From an archaeon (GTDB lineage Archaea; Iainarchaeota; Iainarchaeia; Iainarchaeales; JAAZKV01), in assembly GCA_035355675.1 (NCBI GenBank), contig DAOQRN010000002.1, positions 1,986-65,985 on the forward strand: a stretch of DNA of 64,000 bases, given 5' to 3'. The position numbers and the translations under genes are program-made. Positions 56,251-64,000 of the stretch are shown piece after piece; the stretch's first letter is position 1, and each line of letters begins with the position of its first letter. Under the pieces are notes generated by a model. That model was not told the origin of the DNA, did no database searches, and saw only the letters and a program-made list of their open reading frames with translations.

Positions 56251-57216
56251 CTATTTTTTGTATTTCATAAATTGTGCAATTAGTGCTTCAAGTTGTATTC
56301 TTTCATTTGCTCCTTCAGTTAATCTAAAATCATACTCTCCAATAATGTGCACAAGTTCAATTTTACTTTTTTGATCAATTTTATCCTCGCTCATATTCAT
56401 TGTTTCTCTATAAATTTGAACCATTACATCTTCTCCGCTCATTCCTTGTTCATACATTAATTCATCAAGTTTTTTTCTGGCATCAATAAATTTTCCATTT
56501 AATGCGAGTATTATCATTTCTTGTACTTGTTCAGGTCTTGCTTTTGAAGAAACAGTGTAAATTATGTCTTCGTTTAATTTAGTGTCAAGTGTTGCGGCAG
56601 CTTGCAAAATATTAATAGCTTTTCTCAAATCTCCTTGGCAAATATAATTAATCGCATTTTTTCCTTTTTCGTCAATAATTATTTTTTCCTTTTCAGAAAT
56701 TTTTTGTATTTGTTCATCAACTTCTTTTGCCCCAAGCGGTTTAAATCTATAAATAACACATCTTGATTGAATTGGTTCTATTATTTTTGAAGAATAATTA
56801 CATGATAAAATAAATCTGCAAGTTTTTGTATATTTTTCCATTGTTCTTCTTAGCGCTTGTTGTGCATCTTGAGTTAGTGCATCACATTCGTCAAGGAATA
56901 TTATTTTAAAATTAGAGTCAAATGCTAGAGTTCTTGCAAAATCCTTAATCGTGTTTCTAACAATATCGATTCCTCTATCATCACTTGCATTTAGTTCTAA
57001 AAAGTTTTGTTCAAAATTAGTTGAAAAAAATTCTTTTGCAAGAGCAATACTTGAAGAAGTTTTACCTGTTCCTGCGGGGCCAGAAAACATCATATTTGGC
57101 ATATTTTTTTTATCTACATATCCTTTAAGTCTTTTAGTTATTTCTTCATGTCCAATTACTTCGCTTAAATTTTTAGGTCTGTATTTTTCAACCCAAGGTA
57201 ATTCAATATCAGTCAT
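56251..57216 (-). CDS. rfcS: Replication factor C small subunit
   Basis: PWVEKYRPKNLSEVIGHEE, Walker A SGPAGTGKTS, DEAD-like IIFLDECDALT, and SRC motif PIQSRCVIYRF. Confidence 0.9.
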   Translation of the reverse strand: MTDIELPWVEKYRPKNLSEVIGHEEITKRLKGYVDKKNMPNMMFSGPAGTGKTSSSIALAKEFFSTNFEQNFLELNASDDRGIDIVRNTIKDFARTLAFDSNFKIIFLDECDALTQDAQQALRRTMEKYTKTCRFILSCNYSSKIIEPIQSRCVIYRFKPLGAKEVDEQIQKISEKEKIIIDEKGKNAINYICQGDLRKAINILQAAATLDTKLNEDIIYTVSSKARPEQVQEMIILALNGKFIDARKKLDELMYEQGMSGEDVMVQIYRETMNMSEDKIDQKSKIELVHIIGEYDFRLTEGANERIQLEALIAQFMKYKK

Positions 57217-57325
57217 AGAAAAGTCTTTCTGGGTAAAGATTAAAAGCCTATTATTTTAATATTTCTTTAATAATAATGTATTATAAAGAATAAGATATTT
57301 GGTTTGATAATTAAAACAATTTGTA

Positions 57326-57982
57326 TTGGTGTTAAAAATGGTGTTAAAAGATTTTAATCAAAATTTAGTTTTATTAATTGCTTATTTTTTGATTGCTTAT
57401 TTGGTGTTATGGTTTTTAGGTGGGGCGTGTCTTGATCCACTTTCTGGCGGGACTTGTTTATCTAGTGAAGCAGTGGCTGGATTAAATAATGTTCCTTTAC
57501 TTCAATTATTTTTGCCGCTTAATCCTTGGCATTCATTAATGTATTGGTTTGCTCCCATTGCAGGTATGATTATTTCTTATTTTTCTTTAAAATGGTATAA
57601 TAGTTATTTTGAAACAAAATTTGCTTCAAGTATTTTTGTTTTATTTTTATTCTTATTTGCAATAGTTTTTGGGTATTTTATTAATTTGAATTGGTATTAT
57701 GGGGAAGCAGCAGCATATAATTCAAGAGAGGGGGTAAAAGTAGGGTTATATTTTTGTTTTTCTGAAATAAATCCTAATGAATGTAGTGCAACTGTTGAAA
57801 AAATTAATCAAGAATTAATTAATCAAGCTCAATCAAACAATCTATCCACAGTTCAACAAAATATACCCGTTAATTTTTGGGCAGAACTAAAAGAAAGTAT
57901 TTACTTAACTTTTATTTTGGGTGCAATAATTGGTTGGTTGCCACTTTTTGTTAAAAACTTTTTAGAATCAAGAAAAAAATAA
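57326..57982 (+). CDS. Integral membrane protein, function unknown
   Basis: 218 aa with about 5 TM helices. No motif recognised. Confidence 0.4.
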   Translation: MVLKMVLKDFNQNLVLLIAYFLIAYLVLWFLGGACLDPLSGGTCLSSEAVAGLNNVPLLQLFLPLNPWHSLMYWFAPIAGMIISYFSLKWYNSYFETKFASSIFVLFLFLFAIVFGYFINLNWYYGEAAAYNSREGVKVGLYFCFSEINPNECSATVEKINQELINQAQSNNLSTVQQNIPVNFWAELKESIYLTFILGAIIGWLPLFVKNFLESRKK

Positions 57983-58067
57983 TTTTTTATTTTTCATTTT
58001 TACTGTTTAATAATTAAATATTTTTTTGGTTTAATACTTCTAAAAATTAGATTATTAAAAATTAAAG

Positions 58068-59321
58068 GTGTTTTTTTTGAAAAAGTTTTATTTAGAGGGT
58101 TATGGTTGTTCACTTAATATTTCAGAAACAGAAAAAATTGATGATTTTTTAGAAAAAAATAACTACAAAAGAACTAATAAAATAAAAGATGCTGATTTTA
58201 TAATAATTAATACTTGTTCAGTAAAACAAGTAACTGAGCAAAGAATGCTTTCAAGAATTGAATATTTTTTATCTAATAAAAAAGAATCTTCAAAAATTAT
58301 TGTTTTTGGGTGTCTTGCAGCACATAAAAATAAAGAATTAACAAAAAAATTTCCGACAGTTTTTGTTTGTAATACTTCTCTTGAATCACTTTGCGCGGTT
58401 TTGGGAATAAAAAAACTTTTATTTTCCCCAAAAATATTGGGTAAAAAATCAAACCCTTTAGTTTCAATTATTCCTGTTAGTATTGGTTGTTTAGGGAATT
58501 GTACTTATTGTGCAACAAAATTAGCAAGACCCAATTTTAAATCATATTCTGTTAATGAAATTGATTTTGCATTTAAAAATGCTTTAGAGTCAGGTTCAAA
58601 AGAAATTTGGCTAACTTCACAAGACCTTGGGTGTTATGGTTTTGATATTAAAACAAATCTTGTTGATTTACTTAAAGTTTTACTAAAAAATGAGGGGAAT
58701 TATAAAATAAGACTTGGGATGATGAACCCTAATTTTTTAAAAAAAATTAGTGCTGATTTAATTCCTCTTTTTTCTGATGAAAGATTGTACAAATTTTTGC
58801 ATGTCCCTGTACAAGCAGGATCTGATAGAATTTTGAAATTAATGAATAGGGGGTACAAGAGTAAAGAATTTATTGATTTAGTCAAATCTTTTAGAAAAAA
58901 AGTAAAAGGCATTACATTTTCAACAGATATTATTGTTGGTTTTCCAACAGAAACCAAAAAAGATTTTGAAAAAACTTTGTATTTGTTAAAAAAAACTACT
59001 CCTGAAGTAGTAAATATTTCCAGATTTGCAAAAAGAAGCGGAACAAAAGCTACGAGTTTTAGTGGACAATTATCTGAAGAAACAAAAAAAGATTATTCAA
59101 GAAAATTAACAAAATTTTGTGATGAATATATGTTAATTAATAACAAAAAAACTATTGGATCTAAAGTTAATGTTTTAGTTTCAGAAAAGAAATCAGATAT
59201 TCTTTTTGTTGCTAGAACAAATAATTATAGGCCTGTAAATGTTGATTTTGGTTATTCAAATTTTGTTGATGTAGAAATTATTGAGGCATTTCCTCATTTC
59301 TTTAAAGGAGAAAAGTATTGA
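58068..59321 (+). CDS. Radical-SAM methylthiotransferase of the MiaB/e-MtaB (CDKAL1-like) family
   Basis: MTTase N-domain with Cys (YLEGYGCSLN, NTCSV, FGCLA), radical-SAM motif IGCLGNCTYCAT, and a C-terminal TRAM-like region. TTG start. Confidence 0.85.
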   Translation: MFFLKKFYLEGYGCSLNISETEKIDDFLEKNNYKRTNKIKDADFIIINTCSVKQVTEQRMLSRIEYFLSNKKESSKIIVFGCLAAHKNKELTKKFPTVFVCNTSLESLCAVLGIKKLLFSPKILGKKSNPLVSIIPVSIGCLGNCTYCATKLARPNFKSYSVNEIDFAFKNALESGSKEIWLTSQDLGCYGFDIKTNLVDLLKVLLKNEGNYKIRLGMMNPNFLKKISADLIPLFSDERLYKFLHVPVQAGSDRILKLMNRGYKSKEFIDLVKSFRKKVKGITFSTDIIVGFPTETKKDFEKTLYLLKKTTPEVVNISRFAKRSGTKATSFSGQLSEETKKDYSRKLTKFCDEYMLINNKKTIGSKVNVLVSEKKSDILFVARTNNYRPVNVDFGYSNFVDVEIIEAFPHFFKGEKY

Positions 59322-59391
59322 TTTTTTTAGTTTTTTCTTTATTTTTTATAAAAATAATGGGTTTTTAAGACTTTTTTTACTATTCTAGTTT

Positions 59392-60195
59392 ATGTTTGAC
59401 ATTGTTTTGAAACGTACTTTTGAAGAATTCTCTGAAAATTTGAAAGTAGCATTGAGTTTTGGAGTATTATTTGTTTTTGTAGCTTTTTTTGTTTTTTTTG
59501 AACAATTTTTTATTTCATCAGGAACAGTTTTTTTGTTCTTTGACATTAACTTACTTGCAATAATTGGTTTAGTTGGTGTATTAGCTTTTTTGTATGCTTT
59601 TTCTTTTTTCATTTCTTTAACAGTTTACTCAATTCAAAGAGATATTCACAGATTAACACTTGATGATTATTGGAATGTTTTATTAAAAAAAGGGGCATTA
59701 AATATTTTTATTTTTTACTTTTCTTTAGCTTTATTATTTTTTGTTTTATCAACTTTAGGTTTAACTTTTTCACAAATTATTTTTTCAAGTGTAATAATGT
59801 TTGTAATTTCAACACTATTAATGTATGTTCCACAAAGTATTATTTTTGATGAAGTTGGAATTGGTTCAGGAATACGAGAAAGTGTTTCTTTTTGGAGAAA
59901 AAATTTTGGAGTTAGTTTTGGGATATTATTTTTATCTACGCTCGCTTTATTTTTAATAATTATTATTGAATTTGTTGTTGATTTTTTTGGTTTTCCGGGA
60001 TCAATAATTTCATTTGTTTTAGTTTTAATATTTTTAATTCCATTCGTTGAACAAATGAAATCATATGCATATATTTTGAAAAATAATTTAATTAGAGCGC
60101 CTGAAATTAGTAGTGCGAAACACAAAAAGAAATTTATCGATCCTTTTGAAAGAACAACTAGACTAAGGGAAAGAAATCCAAAAGGAAAATTATAA
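59392..60195 (+). CDS. Integral membrane protein, function unknown
   Basis: 267 aa, 6-7 TM helices. Confidence 0.45.
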   Translation: MFDIVLKRTFEEFSENLKVALSFGVLFVFVAFFVFFEQFFISSGTVFLFFDINLLAIIGLVGVLAFLYAFSFFISLTVYSIQRDIHRLTLDDYWNVLLKKGALNIFIFYFSLALLFFVLSTLGLTFSQIIFSSVIMFVISTLLMYVPQSIIFDEVGIGSGIRESVSFWRKNFGVSFGILFLSTLALFLIIIIEFVVDFFGFPGSIISFVLVLIFLIPFVEQMKSYAYILKNNLIRAPEISSAKHKKKFIDPFERTTRLRERNPKGKL

Positions 60196-60218
60196 ATAAA
60201 AAAATCTTGTTTTTTTGT

Positions 60219-61763
60219 TTAGTTTTTAAAACTAATTAGTTTTATTTTTTCTTTGATTAGTTCTTCAACATCATTAATTGACTTTGCTGGTTTTAAAAAA
60301 TTATATTCCGTTTCATTTTTGTTTATTATGAGCCCTTCATCAATTTCTCTATTTTGTAAATTTATTTGTTCAAATTTAGTTTGAGCGAGTTTTGTGCAAT
60401 CCAAAAGAATTTCTTCACTAAAAAGTACACTTATTTCTTTTGTAATTTTTTTAACACATTCATTTGGCTTCATTTCCGTGAAATATTTTGTTAAGTTATT
60501 TAGGTTGGTTATTCCAATTCCTGTTTTATTTTTTTCAATTAAAAACTTGCTTAAAAATTGTTTTTTTGAAAGAATCTCATTTCTTTGTTTTTCAATTTTT
60601 TTCACTTCTTCACTTATTTCTTTAAGTTCTTTAATAAATTCTTCAAAACTATTTCCTTGAGCAATTTTTTCTAAATTAATATTGATAAATGAATTAATTG
60701 TGGGGGTAATTGAGTAAGTGTTTTCTGATGATGGAAAATATTCTTTTTCAGAACAGTTAAGTATTGTTAGTTGTTTGTTTAATTTTTTTAATAAATTTAA
60801 TTCAAATGTGGAATCAATACTAATTACACATTCTTTTCTTTCAATTAGTTGTTCTCCAATTAATAGTGCGTTTGTTTTGTTGCCCTTTGTATTTAGTATT
60901 TCTGGGGTAAATAGTTCTATTGATAGTTTTGTTTCTTTTGGTAATATGTTTAAATATTCAATTAATTTGATTCCGATTTTTTTTGATTGGTTTTGGTTTT
61001 TACAAAATTCAGAAAGTGTGTGTGTTGCACCATAAATACTTATTGTGGTAAAAACCATTTTTTGTTTTTCAATGATTTTTCTTATATTTTGGGAGATTGT
61101 TTTGTCTTCATCTTCAAATTTTTCAAATAGATGTGTGTGTGAAAAAATTCTTGAAGAGTATCCTTCAATATCTTCAATGTGTATTGTTCCTTCGCAGTGT
61201 AATTCTCTTGCTTTTTTTGGTAGCACTAAAGCAATGTTGTATTCTCTCACTCCTTCTCCAAAATATGGTTTTTTATCTATTTTTTCTTTAATATCAAATG
61301 CAGCACTACCAAGTCTTGCATAATTATTTCTAACTTCTTCATAATTGTAAGAAATTAGTTTTGAGTTAACAAGTTCTCTAATTAAAGTAGTGCTAAGAGT
61401 TTCTATTTTTGCATCTTTTATTTGATTTTCTACTTCAAGAGTTATTTTTTCAGCTATGTTTCTTGGCAAATTTGTTTCTTTTAAAAGTGATTTAATTATG
61501 TGCCCTCTATTAAATGGGAGAATTTTTTCGTTTGTTGTGTAAACCTTCATTTGGTTGAATTTGTTATAAATTATTGCTGCTTGGGGATCAAGTTCTTCTA
61601 AAAGTTTTTGAGATTTTTCTCTAAGTTTTTTCTCACTTGTTGTATTCATTTCAGTTAGTTCTTTTACTATTTTTGTAATGGTCCAGGGAGTTGCATTTGC
61701 TTCCATTATTTCTTTTGCAATTACTTGTATTTTTTCTTCAATAATTTTCATATTTTTTCCCAC
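60219..61763 (-). CDS. Hypothetical 514-aa protein with a possible N-terminal ATP-cone-like segment
   Basis: Residues about 60-140 (KVYTTNEKILPFNRGHIIKSLL...IRELVNSKLISYNYEEVRNNYARLG) resemble an ATP-cone. The remainder is unassigned, with no glycyl-radical or P-loop motif. Confidence 0.35.
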   Translation of the reverse strand: MGKNMKIIEEKIQVIAKEIMEANATPWTITKIVKELTEMNTTSEKKLREKSQKLLEELDPQAAIIYNKFNQMKVYTTNEKILPFNRGHIIKSLLKETNLPRNIAEKITLEVENQIKDAKIETLSTTLIRELVNSKLISYNYEEVRNNYARLGSAAFDIKEKIDKKPYFGEGVREYNIALVLPKKARELHCEGTIHIEDIEGYSSRIFSHTHLFEKFEDEDKTISQNIRKIIEKQKMVFTTISIYGATHTLSEFCKNQNQSKKIGIKLIEYLNILPKETKLSIELFTPEILNTKGNKTNALLIGEQLIERKECVISIDSTFELNLLKKLNKQLTILNCSEKEYFPSSENTYSITPTINSFININLEKIAQGNSFEEFIKELKEISEEVKKIEKQRNEILSKKQFLSKFLIEKNKTGIGITNLNNLTKYFTEMKPNECVKKITKEISVLFSEEILLDCTKLAQTKFEQINLQNREIDEGLIINKNETEYNFLKPAKSINDVEELIKEKIKLISFKN

Positions 61764-61950
61764 AATTAGATTTCAATAAAGTATTCTTGTTGGAAAATGT
61801 TATTAAATAAATTTTATTTGAGTTTTATTAAAATTGATGTCCAAAAAAGTGTGATTATTTAACTATTTTTTGTTTTTTTGTTAGGAAACTAAATTTTTAA
61901 GGCTTTGTGGGGTTGTTTTATTTAACTTTAATGGTTTTTGTTGTTTAATT

Positions 61951-62436
61951 TTGGTGGTTATTTTGGTTGTTCCTCTTGATAAAATTGATCATATTATTTT
62001 GCAAGCACTTCTTTTAGATGGGAGAGCTTCTTTTTCAGCAATAGCTCGTGAAACAAAATTAACTGATGTTGCAATAAAGAAAAGATTTGAGTCTCTTAAA
62101 AAAAGAGGAGTAATTGATTCGGTTTCAGTTGACCTTAATTACAAAGTATTAGGTTATGAAAATCCAATTTTTTTACAACTTAGAACTGATGTTTCAAAAA
62201 ATAAAGATATTATAAAAAAACTTCAAGGGATGGATTTTGTAATAGAACTTTACCAAGTTTTGGGTGAGTATAATTTGATTGCAAAATTAATTGTTCCAAA
62301 CCTTGATAGTGCTGAAAAATTTATTTCTCAGCTTGGTTTAATTGATGGAGTAATTGATCTAAAAACAATGGTTGTATTATCTGATGTAAAAAAATCAAAA
62401 ACACTTCCTGCATCAACTTTACAAAATAAGATTTAA
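61951..62436 (+). CDS. lrp: Lrp/AsnC-family transcriptional regulator
   Basis: wHTH IILQALLLDGRASFSAIARETKLTDVAIKKRFESLKKRGVI plus a C-terminal RAM domain. TTG start. Confidence 0.8.
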   Translation: MVVILVVPLDKIDHIILQALLLDGRASFSAIARETKLTDVAIKKRFESLKKRGVIDSVSVDLNYKVLGYENPIFLQLRTDVSKNKDIIKKLQGMDFVIELYQVLGEYNLIAKLIVPNLDSAEKFISQLGLIDGVIDLKTMVVLSDVKKSKTLPASTLQNKI

Positions 62437-62607
62437 TTTTTAATCAAATAATTACTATAATTAAATTTTGCCATTTTTATCTAAATTAATATTTTTTTTA
62501 TAAATTTTCATATTTTTTGAATTGTCGATTTATCCTCTTGGTTTTTTATTCTTTTTCTTCTCTCTTTATTCTTATAGTTGATAAATATTTTTTGATTTGT
62601 GGTTTTA

Positions 62608-64000
62608 ATGGATCTAATTATTTCAGAGAAAGCTATTGCTGGTGAAAGAATTGCAGAACTTTTAGCTGATGGAAAAGTACAAAATAAAACAATTAATGGA
62701 GCTAGAGTGTTTGAGTTTGAGTGGAAGGGTAATCCAATTAGATTAATTCCATTAAGGGGTCATATTAGTAATGTTGAGTTTCCAAAAAAATACTCTAATT
62801 GGATTGGGATTGATGTAAGGGATTTAATTACAGCGCCTGTTATTTATTCAGAAACAGAAAAATTAATTATTGATTGTATTCGTTTCTCTGCGCCAGAAGC
62901 AAATAATATAATTATTGCAACTGATGCTGATAGAGAGGGGGAAGCAATTGGTCTTGAAGCAATTAATTATGCAAAAGAAACAAACAAAAATATTAAAATT
63001 CAAAGAGCATATTTTTCAGCAATCACAAAAGAGGATGTGGATAAATCTTTTAATAATTTAGAAAAATTTGATTTTAATTTTGCTTACTCCGCAAATGCTA
63101 GAAGAGAAATTGATTTAATTTGGGGGGCGGTGCTTACAAGATTTCTTTCACTTGTTTCAGGCCAAATTGGAAAAGATTTTTTAAGTGTTGGAAGAGTTCA
63201 AACACCAACCCTTGCACTTGTTGTTGATAGGGAAAAAGAAAGATTAGCATTTGATCAAAAAAAATATTGGGAAGTAATTGCAAAGTGTGAAAAGAATGCA
63301 GAAAAATTTGACGCAATTCATATTGAAGAAAAATTTTGGGAAAAAGAAAAAGCATTAAGTGTTTTTAATAAAAATCCAAAAAAAGCAGTGGTTAAAAAAA
63401 TTGATAAAAAAATTAGGGTATTAAAAAAACCAGTTCCGTTTAACACTACTGAATATATTAGAGCAGCAACTGCAATTGGGTTTTCTGCTGGTAAAGCTAT
63501 GTCAATAGCTGAATCGCTTTATCAAAGAGGATTTACATCATACCCAAGAACTGATAATTCAACTTATCCAAAATCTCTTGACTTAAAAGATGTATTAAAC
63601 AAATTAGCTTCTGTTACTGAGATTAGGGATGATGTTGCCAAGATTTTAGCTCAAAAGGAAATAATTCCTTCTAGTGGAAAAGAAACAAAAGATCATCCGC
63701 CAATTTACCCAGTTGGTGTTGTTCAAAAAAGTGCTCTCACTCTTGATGATTGGAAAATTTATGAATTAATTTGTAGAAGATTTTTAGCAACTCTTTCAGA
63801 AGATGCAAAAACAGAAAATGTGTCAGTTTTGCTTGACGCGAGTGGAGAAAATTTTGTTTCAAGAGGGCAAATAATTCTTTACTTTGGTTGGAAAGAAATT
63901 TATCCTTATAGTAAAGTTTCTGAAGTAATTTTACCAAAACTTGAAGTTGATGATGTTGTTAATATTGAAAAACTTGAATTAACTGAAAAAGAAACTCAAC
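62608..64000 (+). CDS. topA: DNA topoisomerase I / type IA topoisomerase (5' partial; continues beyond the window)
   Basis: Manual translation from the ATG at about 62608 shows Toprim IIIATDADREGEAIG and the active-site Tyr region GFTSYPRTDN. There is no stop codon before the window ends. Confidence 0.85.
   Translation, partial: MDLIISEKAIAGERIAELLADGKVQNKTINGARVFEFEWKGNPIRLIPLRGHISNVEFPKKYSNWIGIDVRDLITAPVIYSETEKLIIDCIRFSAPEANNIIIATDADREGEAIGLEAINYAKETNKNIKIQRAYFSAITKEDVDKSFNNLEKFDFNFAYSANARREIDLIWGAVLTRFLSLVSGQIGKDFLSVGRVQTPTLALVVDREKERLAFDQKKYWEVIAKCEKNAEKFDAIHIEEKFWEKEKALSVFNKNPKKAVVKKIDKKIRVLKKPVPFNTTEYIRAATAIGFSAGKAMSIAESLYQRGFTSYPRTDNSTYPKSLDLKDVLNKLASVTEIRDDVAKILAQKEIIPSSGKETKDHPPIYPVGVVQKSALTLDDWKIYELICRRFLATLSEDAKTENVSVLLDASGENFVSRGQIILYFGWKEIYPYSKVSEVILPKLEVDDVVNIEKLELTEKETQ

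Noticed and set aside
59385-60125. Minus-strand ORFs 59385..59612 and 59715..60125
   Set aside because: They overlap the 267-aa membrane protein gene on the opposite strand and are K/N-rich low-complexity translations of its antisense.
60219-61763. The 514-aa protein considered as a class III (anaerobic) ribonucleotide reductase
   Set aside because: There is an ATP-cone-like N-terminus, but no C-terminal zinc ribbon or glycyl-radical motif and the protein is too short.
63134-63937. Minus-strand ORFs 63134..63355 and 63737..63937
   Set aside because: They are antisense within the topoisomerase IA gene.
1-64000. CRISPR arrays, transposases, integrases and prophage blocks
   Set aside because: No spacer-repeat arrays or IS/integrase-like ORFs were seen. 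The only direct repeats are the tRNA 3'-end duplicate and the 28-nt gene-end duplicate.

Overview
This window is AT-rich (roughly 30% GC) and densely packed with short genes on both strands, with archaeal informational genes throughout; several of the best reading frames need TTG or GTG starts. The gene content points to a small-genome, probably DPANN-type archaeon (inference). It includes srp54, ftsY, the conserved S19e-L39e-L31e-aIF6-LX-prefoldin alpha-ftsY operon, RNase P Rpp21, archaeal dnaG, hjc, pth2, iscS and iscU, nurA and herA, rad50, rpoK, S17e, aEF-1beta, the CCA-adding enzyme, Taw3, Elp3, a Pelota-ABCE1 pair, ThrRS, the RFC small subunit, an e-MtaB-like methylthiotransferase, an Lrp regulator and a partial topoisomerase IA. 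There are four tRNA genes (two Gly, one Val, one intron-containing tRNA that is probably Arg) and a degenerate tRNA-like remnant that shares its 3' end with the neighbouring tRNA-Gly. The most striking feature is an approximately 10 kb type IV pilus (Tad-like) locus on the minus strand (41.2-51.5 kb). It carries a FlaI/TadA-family ATPase, two TadB/TadC-like membrane proteins, a prepilin peptidase, at least ten small proteins with class III (prepilin) signal peptides including one frameshifted copy, a JAB/MPN metalloprotease and a TctA-like membrane protein. A second FlaI-like ATPase (33.3 kb) and a further pilin (9.6 kb) lie outside the locus. Other points worth following up: lineage-specific low-complexity expansions (an FG/RGG-like insert in DnaG; K/E-rich extensions on FtsY, L31e and S19e); herA-nurA interrupted by a HAD hydrolase, with rad50 nearby but no recognisable mre11; an orphan 504-aa protein; and a paired TTCCGGAA palindrome next to a membrane-anchored HTH regulator. 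I found no CRISPR array and no obvious transposase or integrase. Coordinates I derived by hand (tRNAs, small unlisted ORFs, hairpins) may be off by 1-2 nt.
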